Shown one piece after another: positions 1 through 6,370 of a stretch of 32,967 nt of DNA. Within the stretch, counting starts at the first letter, position 1. Every line of letters begins with the position of its first letter. Position numbers and translations under genes: made by a program. Origin of the DNA: a virus. Lineage: Duplodnaviria; Caudoviricetes. The DNA lies in IMG/VR virus record IMGVR_UViG_3300029309_000171, positions 1-32,967 of that record; one strand, 5' to 3'. Under the pieces are notes generated by a model, which was given only the letters and a program-made list of their open reading frames with translations, did no database searches and had not been told where the DNA came from.

Positions 1-98
1 GCAATTTTAGGCGTACCAATTAGCATCAATACCGCTGTTACAGCTGGTAAGTTTTTAGTTGGTCAGCTTTCAGTTGCTACTCAGCTTTGGATAAGAGA
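1..98 (+). repeat. Terminal direct repeat, left copy (circular assembly overlap)
   Basis: Matches 32870-32967 at 96/98 nt; first 77 nt identical; mismatches at 78 and 87. Confidence 0.95.
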
Positions 99-258
99 CG
101 GTCTTGGAATCGAGTTCTCAAGGGATAATCAAGATAACTTCGAAAAAGGATTTGTAACGGTCAGAGCTGTTGAAAGAGTGGGAGTTTCTAACTATCTACC
201 AAGTGGAATAGTACAAGGAACATTCTCAACTGCGAAAACTGCTTTAGAGACTTCATAA
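1..258 (+). CDS. Major capsid protein, HK97 fold, C-terminal part (continues 31925..32967 across the junction)
   Basis: Frame 1 reads AILGVPISINTAVTAGKFLVG...DNFEKGFVTVRAVERVG...ALETS then TAA 256-258, a typical HK97-family MCP C-terminus. Confidence 0.93.
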   Translation, partial: AILGVPISINTAVTAGKFLVGQLSVATQLWIRDGLGIEFSRDNQDNFEKGFVTVRAVERVGVSNYLPSGIVQGTFSTAKTALETS

Positions 259-288
259 TAATATGAGTTAATAAATTAGTGTAAAAAG

Positions 289-315
289 AAAAGGGACCAT
301 TTAGGTCCCTTTTTT
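289..315. terminator. Bidirectional intrinsic terminator after the capsid gene
   Basis: AAAAGGGACC-attta-GGTCCCTTTTTT, between convergent genes. Confidence 0.85.
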
Positions 316-338
316 AATTCATAGGCTTTTGTTTTTAA

Positions 339-572
339 TTAATCCCAAACTTCAATATTGTTATCTTCTAAAATTTTATTAATAATAAATTCTTCGATTT
401 CATTCCAAATTTCAGAATCAGCATTTAATTTAATGTTTGGGAAATCAAAACTAATTTGCGTTTCAAAATCTCCCCAAACTTCGCTTCTGTTTAAACATTT
501 AGATAATTTTTCAATTAATAAATCTTTGTGTTCAAATCTTATGTTTTTACTTGTTTTTGTTGTATTTTCCAT
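339..572 (-). CDS. Hypothetical acidic protein, 77 aa
   Basis: ATG ORF directly behind the repeated leader; ends just before the terminator. Confidence 0.75.
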   Translation of the reverse strand: MENTTKTSKNIRFEHKDLLIEKLSKCLNRSEVWGDFETQISFDFPNIKLNADSEIWNEIEEFIINKILEDNNIEVWD

Positions 573-634
573 TTTTATAGTTTTAAATTTCAGTAAATAT
601 ATATAATAAATTTAATATAAAAAAAATTATATAC
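570..634 (-). promoter_or_regulatory. Repeated leftward promoter/leader, copy 1
   Basis: 570-606 is identical to 19782-19818; 570-634 matches 1967-2031 at 55/65 ungapped; the element ends at the ATG. Confidence 0.75.
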
Positions 635-807
635 TATTTTTTTTTAAATACTCTTAAAAAATCCAAAATACCTCTAAAATCGTTAAAACATTTTATTGAA
701 CAAAAGTACCTTGTTTTGAATGTATTTTTGTAAAAATAGAATCCATCAGTAGGTCCGTTGCAAGTATCGCACTTCTTAGACTCATTTAGAGGCTCAAAAT
801 AGCTCAT
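634..807 (-). CDS. Small zinc-finger protein, TRASH/zf-FCS-like, 57 aa (absent from ORF track)
   Basis: MSYFEPLNESKKCDTCNGP...RYFCSIKCFNDF: CxxC...FCSxxC; ATGA overlap with the upstream ORF. Confidence 0.75.
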   Translation of the reverse strand: MSYFEPLNESKKCDTCNGPTDGFYFYKNTFKTRYFCSIKCFNDFRGILDFLRVFKKK

Positions 808-962
808 TTCTCGGCTTTATTTTTATAAACGATAAGAGACACTAACAGCATTAAAATCGAGTCCGCTAAAGCTCCAAAAACAAACATCAGTCTGATTGAC
901 CAGAAAAAGGTCCCAATAACTAAAAATGCCCAGACGTTTTCTCTTAATTTATCTTTATCCAT
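804..962 (-). CDS. Small membrane protein, 52 aa (absent from ORF track)
   Basis: MDKDKLRENVWAFLVIGTFFWSIRLMFVFGALADSILMLLVSLIVYKNKAEK; overlaps both neighbours. Confidence 0.7.
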   Translation of the reverse strand: MDKDKLRENVWAFLVIGTFFWSIRLMFVFGALADSILMLLVSLIVYKNKAEK

Positions 963-1107
963 ATATCAATAGAATTATGTAAATTCCAAAAAGTATCACA
1001 GCATTGACAAAAAGTAATGTTAAAACTGCTTTTACTAAAAACTTTTTTAGTCTTTTATTGTTTTCTTTTTGGTCAATGCTGCTGACTATATAATACTTAG
1101 AGGGCAT
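955..1107 (-). CDS. Small protein with a C-terminal transmembrane helix, about 50 aa
   Basis: Start reassigned to MPSKYY (1107), which overlaps the upstream stop; hydrophobic tail VLTLLFVNAVILFGIYIILLI. Confidence 0.65.
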   Translation of the reverse strand: MPSKYYIVSSIDQKENNKRLKKFLVKAVLTLLFVNAVILFGIYIILLIYG

Positions 1108-1495
1108 TTTTGATGAGTTTAATTTGCTCATAGGTTTCATCATCTGCTCTATCATAGGTTATTAACCTTATTTTCTTCCATCCTTTAGATGGAATCTTTA
1201 GGTCATACCAACGTCTAAAAGATGACAGGCTTTTTGTGAATGGTCCATTAAACATCCATCCAGAATAAACTCTCCTCCAACCCTGTTTTGTACATTTCCA
1301 TTTACCAGATGCTAAGAGTCGTCTAAAAGTCCAGCCGCCCATGGTCCTTCTTTCAATACCTCTCGTCTCATAGAATTTACTTGGACCGCTATAAAATGCA
1401 ATGTATTGTGAATCTTTATTAATATTTATTACGCAAGTTTGTTTGACAGAAAACTTAGGTCGGTCGATTTTGTTTCTTAAGTCTATTGTTTCCAT
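1097..1495 (-). CDS. Hypothetical basic, Trp-rich protein, 132 aa
   Basis: ATG ORF in a tightly overlapping leftward operon; no family recognised. Confidence 0.75.
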   Translation of the reverse strand: METIDLRNKIDRPKFSVKQTCVININKDSQYIAFYSGPSKFYETRGIERRTMGGWTFRRLLASGKWKCTKQGWRRVYSGWMFNGPFTKSLSSFRRWYDLKIPSKGWKKIRLITYDRADDETYEQIKLIKNAL

Positions 1496-1719
1496 TTATG
1501 TGTTTTTAAAAAATTATTAATCTTTGATACGTCTTTATCCAACCTTTTAAAATGTTTTACATCAGATATGTATTGGTTAATTTTGCCATCCATATTTTTG
1601 CCTTGATAATTTTCCCAGTGAAAAAATGTAGGAAGTTTAAAAAAATTGCCAGTATATATATGTGCAAATGTTTTAACATGGTCAGTAGTCCATTTAAAAT
1701 CTTTGTTGTTGTTATCCAT
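1483..1719 (-). CDS. Hypothetical protein, about 78 aa
   Basis: Start reassigned to MDNNNKDF (1719), just after the upstream stop. Confidence 0.7.
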   Translation of the reverse strand: MDNNNKDFKWTTDHVKTFAHIYTGNFFKLPTFFHWENYQGKNMDGKINQYISDVKHFKRLDKDVSKINNFLKTHKWKQ

Positions 1720-1723
1720 ATTA

Positions 1724-1969
1724 TTAGTATTTAAATTTATTAAAAGCATTAACAAATGCTTGAGCTTTGATTTTTGTTGTGAAATGAGCAACACCTTCTA
1801 AAATTTGCTCTGGATTTTCACCCCATTCTAAAGCTGCTTCAAAGTCTCTTTTATATTTAAAAGTTACATGATAATCAGCTCTTGATGAATATTCATCTAT
1901 TTTTGCATCATGGACACATCTACCTAAAGATGTTGGCATGAATTTTTTTATTAATTGATTATTTGTCAT
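1724..1969 (-). CDS. Hypothetical protein, 81 aa, first gene of the leftward operon
   Basis: ATG lies at the end of repeated leader copy 2. Confidence 0.75.
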   Translation of the reverse strand: MTNNQLIKKFMPTSLGRCVHDAKIDEYSSRADYHVTFKYKRDFEAALEWGENPEQILEGVAHFTTKIKAQAFVNAFNKFKY

Positions 1970-2031
1970 TTTATTAGTTTTAAATTTCCTCTAATATATA
2001 AAAAAAACTTTATATAAAAAAAATTATATAC
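1967..2031 (-). promoter_or_regulatory. Repeated leftward promoter/leader, copy 2
   Basis: 55/65 ungapped identity to 570-634. Confidence 0.7.
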
Positions 2032-2066
2032 AAAAACTTTTATTTTTTTAGTATTAGTTTTGCATT

Positions 2067-2441
2067 GTGGAAGGAAATTTACTAGGATGCTATGCTGAAT
2101 ATTTGTTTGTCAGTGAATGTTTGAAGAGAGGAAAATTAATTACTATGCCAGTTTTAGATTCTTCTCCTTACGATTGCATAGTAGAATCCAGAAAAAAACT
2201 CTACAAAGTACAGGTCAAGGCAACAGAGAAAAAGCCTTATGTTGGTCGTAGGACCATAAATGCTCCATTAAATAACAGCAAATCTAAATACACAAAAGAT
2301 GTTATTGACTTCTTTGCTGTTTACTCAGCTTATTTTGAAGGTTTCTTTATATTCCCTAATACTGGTAATATGCAATCAATAAGATTGTCCAAACATGGTA
2401 AGAATAGAATTTTTTTTAATAACTTTGAGTTTATTGTGTAA
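2067..2441 (+). CDS. PD-(D/E)XK endonuclease, PDDEXK_5 / I-Ssp6803I-like
   Basis: G..AE...L..G.....P.....YD.IVE......KVQVK...IDFFAVY pattern; GTG start after TAGTTTTG (2055-2062). Confidence 0.8.
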   Translation: MEGNLLGCYAEYLFVSECLKRGKLITMPVLDSSPYDCIVESRKKLYKVQVKATEKKPYVGRRTINAPLNNSKSKYTKDVIDFFAVYSAYFEGFFIFPNTGNMQSIRLSKHGKNRIFFNNFEFIV

Positions 2442-2483
2442 TAATAGTTTTTTATTTCATATAATTTGATTTGTTTGGTTATG

Positions 2484-2516
2484 AAAAGTGCTGTTTTAAG
2501 ATGGCACTTTTTTTTT
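2484..2516 (+). terminator. Intrinsic terminator
   Basis: AAAAGTGCTGTT-ttaa-GATGGCACTTTT stem with G-U pairs, followed by a T-run. Confidence 0.7.
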
Positions 2517-2523
2517 ATCTTTG
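2516..2523 (+). promoter_or_regulatory. Bacteroidota-type -7 promoter element (TATCTTTG)
   Basis: TAnnTTTG consensus upstream of the head-completion genes. Confidence 0.55.
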
Positions 2524-2541
2524 TTGTTAAATACAAATATT

Positions 2542-2751
2542 ATGGCAAAAATTAAAATGACTAGAACAGTTTTAGCTGAAAATACATGGCATAAAGAGGG
2601 TGATGTTTTAGAATTACCAGAAAAACTAAGCAACCATTATTTAAATAGAGGTATTGCAGTGCTGTTTAAGGAAGAGAAAGCTAAAAAAGAAACTAAAGAA
2701 CATAAGCAGTCTAAGAAAAAAACAAAGAATGTTTCAAATAAAAATAAATAG
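2542..2751 (+). CDS. Small head-associated hypothetical protein with a Lys-rich tail, 69 aa
   Basis: Start MAKIKM (2542); GDVLELPEKLSNHYLNRGIAV resembles small proteins commonly encoded after MCP genes. Confidence 0.7.
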   Translation: MAKIKMTRTVLAENTWHKEGDVLELPEKLSNHYLNRGIAVLFKEEKAKKETKEHKQSKKKTKNVSNKNK

Positions 2752-3241
2752 TACAACTGGTAGTGAATTAATTACCAACACAGATGTCAAGCTGTTTGCG
2801 AGAATTGATACAACTGCGGATGATGATTTGTTAGATGAGATGATTACAACAGCCAGACAAAACGCTGAAAATTTTCTTAACTCTGATATTGTGGCTAAAA
2901 ACAGGACCTATTATGCCGCTGAATTACATCAAAGAATTGAGCTGCCTTTTAGTCCAGTCGCATCTATATCATCTGTAACGGTTGACGGTTCTGCTGCGAC
3001 TTATACAGTTTACGGTCTAGATAACAACTATATTGAGCTTGATTCCCTACCAGCTGAGGAGGTAAAAATAACTTATGTTACTTCTGGTCTATCTGATGGA
3101 CTTATTAAACAAGCATTATTGCAAATGGTCACAACTTATTATGACAACAGAGCTGACTTTAGTGAGGTTGGTAATAATATAGCGGAGATACCTACATCAT
3201 CAAAAAAATTGTTAACACCATTTAAAAGGAGCTTTATTTAA
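2729..3241 (+). CDS. Head-tail connector (HK97 gp6-like), about 170 aa
   Basis: VKLFARID...DD.LL..MI.TAR..AE.FL...IKQALLQMVTTYYDNR; start reassigned to MFQIK. Confidence 0.85.
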   Translation: MFQIKINSTTGSELITNTDVKLFARIDTTADDDLLDEMITTARQNAENFLNSDIVAKNRTYYAAELHQRIELPFSPVASISSVTVDGSAATYTVYGLDNNYIELDSLPAEEVKITYVTSGLSDGLIKQALLQMVTTYYDNRADFSEVGNNIAEIPTSSKKLLTPFKRSFI

Positions 3242-3567
3242 TGGATGCTGGTAAACTTGACACTAGAATTGAGATAAAAAGACTCACAAAATCAGATGAT
3301 AATTTTGGAGGGTTTACATCAACTAAGGCAACTCATGTGACTCTTTGGGCAAATAAAAAGGATAAGTCTGGAGAAATGATAACACAAAACAGTCAAAGAA
3401 AATTTGAACTTAAGACTTTATTTACTATAAGAAAAAAATCAGCGGACCAGATATCACTCAGTGATACAATTCAAATTGTTGGAGATTCTGACGAATATAG
3501 AATTAATTCAAAATTTGATTCGGTCCATAAATATTATACTGTTCTGGAGGGCATTAAATTAGTATGA
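3241..3567 (+). CDS. Head-tail adaptor / head closure protein (SPP1 gp16-like)
   Basis: MDAGKLDTRIEI...D.FGG...LWA...FTIR pattern and gene position. Confidence 0.85.
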   Translation: MDAGKLDTRIEIKRLTKSDDNFGGFTSTKATHVTLWANKKDKSGEMITQNSQRKFELKTLFTIRKKSADQISLSDTIQIVGDSDEYRINSKFDSVHKYYTVLEGIKLV

Positions 3568-3938
3568 GTTTTAAATTAGAATTAAATAAAAAAGACTTAG
3601 CCTCAGTCAATCACAAAATGAAAAAACTTGAGAAACTTGACAGAGATGGTCTAAATAGGTCATTAAAAGATTTCGCTTTGCTTACATCCAGAGAAATGAA
3701 AAAAGTTGCTCCTTTAGAGTTTGGTAATTTGATGGGATTGATAACAGCGAAAGCTGTCAGAAAAACCGCAATAGTAGAATCTAAAGCAAAATATTCTGGT
3801 TTTGTAGAGTTTGGAGGAGGTAAATCAAGAAATGATGACCCAAAAAGAAAAATTCCTTATTTCTATCCAACTATAAACAGAATGCTTACAGCTTTACTTA
3901 TGGACATAAATAACAAAATTAAAAAAGCATTGAGATGA
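3564..3938 (+). CDS. HK97 gp10-like neck/tail component
   Basis: AP...GNL...AKYSGFVEFG...PYFYP motif. Confidence 0.8.
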   Translation: MSFKLELNKKDLASVNHKMKKLEKLDRDGLNRSLKDFALLTSREMKKVAPLEFGNLMGLITAKAVRKTAIVESKAKYSGFVEFGGGKSRNDDPKRKIPYFYPTINRMLTALLMDINNKIKKALR

Positions 3939-4375
3939 ATGAGGCTCTACATTTTATCAGAAAAGCAATTATTGACCGCTTAACAAATCAAATAACGGTT
4001 GATAGTGCTACGGTTCCTGTCTATAATAGAGTTCCATCTGATGCTACAGCTCCATATATTAAGGTTTTTTCTGTTAGTCATGATGAGATTGACAACAATA
4101 AAGATACATTCACACTAAATTGTGTTACTAGAATTGAGGCTGTCACTTCGTTTGATGCGGATAGTGGTGGTCAATTGACAGTAAATCAAATGATTTCAAG
4201 CATTCTAAATTTAGTTAGAACTCGTAGCTCATCCTATTTTGATTTATCCTCAGATAATTTTAAGGTTTACACTTGTATTAATGAGGGCGTTTCTTATGAG
4301 GAAAATGACGAAGGTGATAAAACGTATTTTATTGGTAACTTAGAACTCTCAAACAGAGTTCAAAAAACATCTTAG
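3935..4375 (+). CDS. Tail terminator / completion protein (DUF3168-like)
   Basis: VPVYNRVP.DAT.PYI motif; follows the gp10-like gene. Confidence 0.75.
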   Translation: MNEALHFIRKAIIDRLTNQITVDSATVPVYNRVPSDATAPYIKVFSVSHDEIDNNKDTFTLNCVTRIEAVTSFDADSGGQLTVNQMISSILNLVRTRSSSYFDLSSDNFKVYTCINEGVSYEENDEGDKTYFIGNLELSNRVQKTS

Positions 4376-4379
4376 AAAA

Positions 4380-4526
4380 ATGGAAGATTTAAGAATTTGG
4401 GGAATAAATTTAAGTGCTGTTGGAATTAGCTTTATGAATATCAATTCAGCATTGACAACATTGGTATTGTTTGCATCTTTATGTTATACAGTATTAAAAA
4501 TAAAAGATAGAATCAATGACAAGTAG
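4380..4526 (+). CDS. Small membrane protein, possible holin, 48 aa (absent from ORF track)
   Basis: MEDLRIWGINLSAVGISFMNINSALTTLVLFASLCYTVLKIKDRINDK; opens the lysis cassette. Confidence 0.7.
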   Translation: MEDLRIWGINLSAVGISFMNINSALTTLVLFASLCYTVLKIKDRINDK

Positions 4527-4917
4527 AGAGAGGAGAGAAATTAGAGGATATGTAGGCTCTGGAATTGTATTTCTTTTTGTAATACTACTGTTACTTTTTT
4601 TGTCACAGTTTGAGGTTCCAGAGTCAAACAATGATGCATTTAAACTTATTGTTGGAGCTTTAGTTAGTGTAATTGCTGCAAGTGTTTTTGTTTTTATTGG
4701 CAAAGATGACCAGCAAATCATTGACTTACAGAAAAAAAATGACTCATTAGAAATGAAGGTGGACCAACTTGTTGACCAAAAGGACCAGCTTGAAAAATTG
4801 TTAATTGAATTACAGGACGGAATATTAAGCAAATTACTTCTTAAATATACTTTAGATTATGATGATAAGATGCTTAAAAACATTGATTGTGAAAATGAGG
4901 ACTGTAATAAAAAATAA
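4516..4917 (+). CDS. Two-TM protein with a C-terminal coiled coil (lysis-associated)
   Basis: Two hydrophobic helices followed by heptad-like LQKKNDSLEMKVDQLVDQKDQLEKLLIELQ. Confidence 0.75.
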   Translation: MTSRERREIRGYVGSGIVFLFVILLLLFLSQFEVPESNNDAFKLIVGALVSVIAASVFVFIGKDDQQIIDLQKKNDSLEMKVDQLVDQKDQLEKLLIELQDGILSKLLLKYTLDYDDKMLKNIDCENEDCNKK

Positions 4918-4929
4918 AAATGAAAAATT

Positions 4930-5307
4930 ATGAATTGGAAATATTTTAAAATTGAGGAGTTTGATGACCCTAACGAGGAGGGTTCAGCGGCTGAGAATAT
5001 GGATTTTAATTTTATTACTTTGCTTAATACTATTAGGCATCAAAGTGGAGTCCAGATGCGAATTACCAGCGGTTATAGAACCGAGGAAACAAACTCAAAA
5101 CTTAAAAACAGTGTGCCTAACTCAAGTCACCTCAAAGGCGTTGCAGCAGACATTGCTTGTAACAACTCCAGTGACAGAGAAAAAATTATTGCAGCTGCAA
5201 TCAAAAACAAGGTGCGTAGGATTGGGATTTCTAACGGAGGGTTCATACATCTTGACGTTGACTCTGAAAAGCAACCAGCTGTCTGGTTATATGGTAGCAA
5301 AAAGTAG
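4930..5307 (+). CDS. Endolysin, peptidase M15 family (Zn-dependent)
   Basis: ITSGYR, SSH..G.AADI (H-x6-D) and FIHLD motifs. Confidence 0.9.
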   Translation: MNWKYFKIEEFDDPNEEGSAAENMDFNFITLLNTIRHQSGVQMRITSGYRTEETNSKLKNSVPNSSHLKGVAADIACNNSSDREKIIAAAIKNKVRRIGISNGGFIHLDVDSEKQPAVWLYGSKK

Positions 5308-5332
5308 TAAATCAGCTTATACGTTGGAATGA
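4964..5332 (+). CDS. Candidate overlapping (+1 frame) membrane-anchored lysis protein, about 122 aa
   Basis: Stop-free alternate frame along the endolysin gene; basic N-terminus plus IWILILLLCLILLGI; TGA overlaps the next ATG. Confidence 0.35.
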   Translation: MTLTRRVQRLRIWILILLLCLILLGIKVESRCELPAVIEPRKQTQNLKTVCLTQVTSKALQQTLLVTTPVTEKKLLQLQSKTRCVGLGFLTEGSYILTLTLKSNQLSGYMVAKSSKSAYTLE

Positions 5333-5814
5333 AAAAAAAGAAACCATTTGGACAGACGACTGTCGGCAAAATATTAAAAGGAGCTGTCGGTCTTGTTAAT
5401 CCAACTCTAGGGTCTCTAATACAGGGAGAAATGTCTGTTGAGCAAGTTATAAGCTCTATAAAGAACTCTGATTGTCCTGTAGAGGATAAAATAAAGGCTC
5501 AAGAAATGGTCTTAGAGGCTTATGAGGCTGAAGTAGAGGATAGAGCATCAGCAAGACAAAGAGAGATGGCTGCAATACAAGCTGGGTCCAATGACATTCT
5601 TTTTAAGACTGTTGGCTGGGGAATAACACTATCTTTTGTTGCAGTTGTTGCTGGAGCAATAGGACTCTGGGAGATACCAAAAGAATCACAAAGATTATTT
5701 GACATGGGTTTTGGTGCTGTAGTTGCTGCATTTACTCAAGTCATTGGATATTACTTTGGTAGTTCTATGGGTTCAAAAAATAAAACTCAGATAATGAACA
5801 ATCAAAATGGCTAA
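5329..5814 (+). CDS. Holin-like membrane protein
   Basis: DRASARQRE followed by two TM helices and YYFGSS; adjacent to the endolysin. Confidence 0.75.
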   Translation: MKKKKPFGQTTVGKILKGAVGLVNPTLGSLIQGEMSVEQVISSIKNSDCPVEDKIKAQEMVLEAYEAEVEDRASARQREMAAIQAGSNDILFKTVGWGITLSFVAVVAGAIGLWEIPKESQRLFDMGFGAVVAAFTQVIGYYFGSSMGSKNKTQIMNNQNG

Positions 5815-5929
5815 AAGAGCTGAGTATGTACATAGAGAAAAAAAGAAAATAAAAAGAAAAGGGATTCATTCAAAGAATCTCTCAAGAGGTAAAAACAGTA
5901 AACAATATAAAAAACCTAGAAAAAGATAA
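5807..5929 (+). CDS. Very basic 40-aa peptide (absent from ORF track)
   Basis: MAKRAEYVHREKKKIKRKGIHSKNLSRGKNSKQYKKPRKR; overlaps the upstream stop and has a TAATG overlap downstream. Confidence 0.7.
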   Translation: MAKRAEYVHREKKKIKRKGIHSKNLSRGKNSKQYKKPRKR

Positions 5930-6213
5930 TGCCAACTCCAAACTTATTTAGTGCTAACCACTACCAGAGAATGTCATTTGGTGATTATGGATTTCGTATT
6001 TTATCGGCAACTGGAACAGCTACATCTGTTGTTGGTGAAAAATTTGGAGCTATAACAATATTAGAGAACTCAAGAATCTCATTAACATCTAATGCAGAAG
6101 GTGGAGATAGTTCACTAACAAACTTTGATATTAATGAAGGACATACAATGGTGGGTGATTTTACAAGCATCACAGTTGTTCAAGGTTCTATTATTTGTTA
6201 TTTAAGGAGATGA
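5929..6213 (+). CDS. Hypothetical beta-rich, probably virion, protein, 94 aa
   Basis: Coupled ORF ending GDFTSITVVQGSIICY. Confidence 0.75.
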   Translation: MPTPNLFSANHYQRMSFGDYGFRILSATGTATSVVGEKFGAITILENSRISLTSNAEGGDSSLTNFDINEGHTMVGDFTSITVVQGSIICYLRR

Positions 6214-6341
6214 TTTCAGTTGGTAGGTCTGTAAAAAATGTCATAAACTCTAGCCGTTTAATAATTAAAAGAATTATTTCTATTTTTTATAACACAAATG
6301 AAAATAAATGGGAGGACATAAATGACAACTGGGATGATTAA
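6210..6341 (+). CDS. Small protein with a C-terminal Trp motif, 43 aa (absent from ORF track)
   Basis: MISVGRSV...FYNTNENKWEDINDNWDD; ATGA overlap with the upstream gene. Confidence 0.6.
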   Translation: MISVGRSVKNVINSSRLIIKRIISIFYNTNENKWEDINDNWDD

Positions 6342-6348
6342 AAATTTG

Positions 6349-6356
6349 TAAATTTG
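6349..6356 (+). promoter_or_regulatory. -7 promoter element (TAAATTTG) before the fibre gene
   Basis: TAnnTTTG; further intergenic copies at 7979-7986, 12357-12364, 13551-13558, 27913-27920 and 31214-31221. Confidence 0.55.
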
Positions 6357-6370
6357 TTAAAAATAATTAA

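Noticed and set aside
1-98. Biological terminal repeat or att site
   Set aside because: It falls mid-capsid gene and in frame, and no integrase is present; an assembly overlap explains it
358-606. Antisense shadow ORFs in the track (also 1552, 2330, 4494, 5127, 5520, 5985, 6367, 6700, 7366, 8605, 11265, 11927, 14300, 14546, 15080, 18919, 20209, 20876, 29599, 31483)
   Set aside because: They lie opposite well-supported genes and lack motifs or leaders
570-2031. CRISPR-like array from the repeated leader
   Set aside because: Only three dispersed copies, each fused to a start codon, with no regular spacers or cas genes
2067-2441. Group I intron or tRNA target around the I-Ssp6803I-like endonuclease
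   Set aside because: No interrupted gene, intron core or cloverleaf seen in the flanks; treated as free-standing
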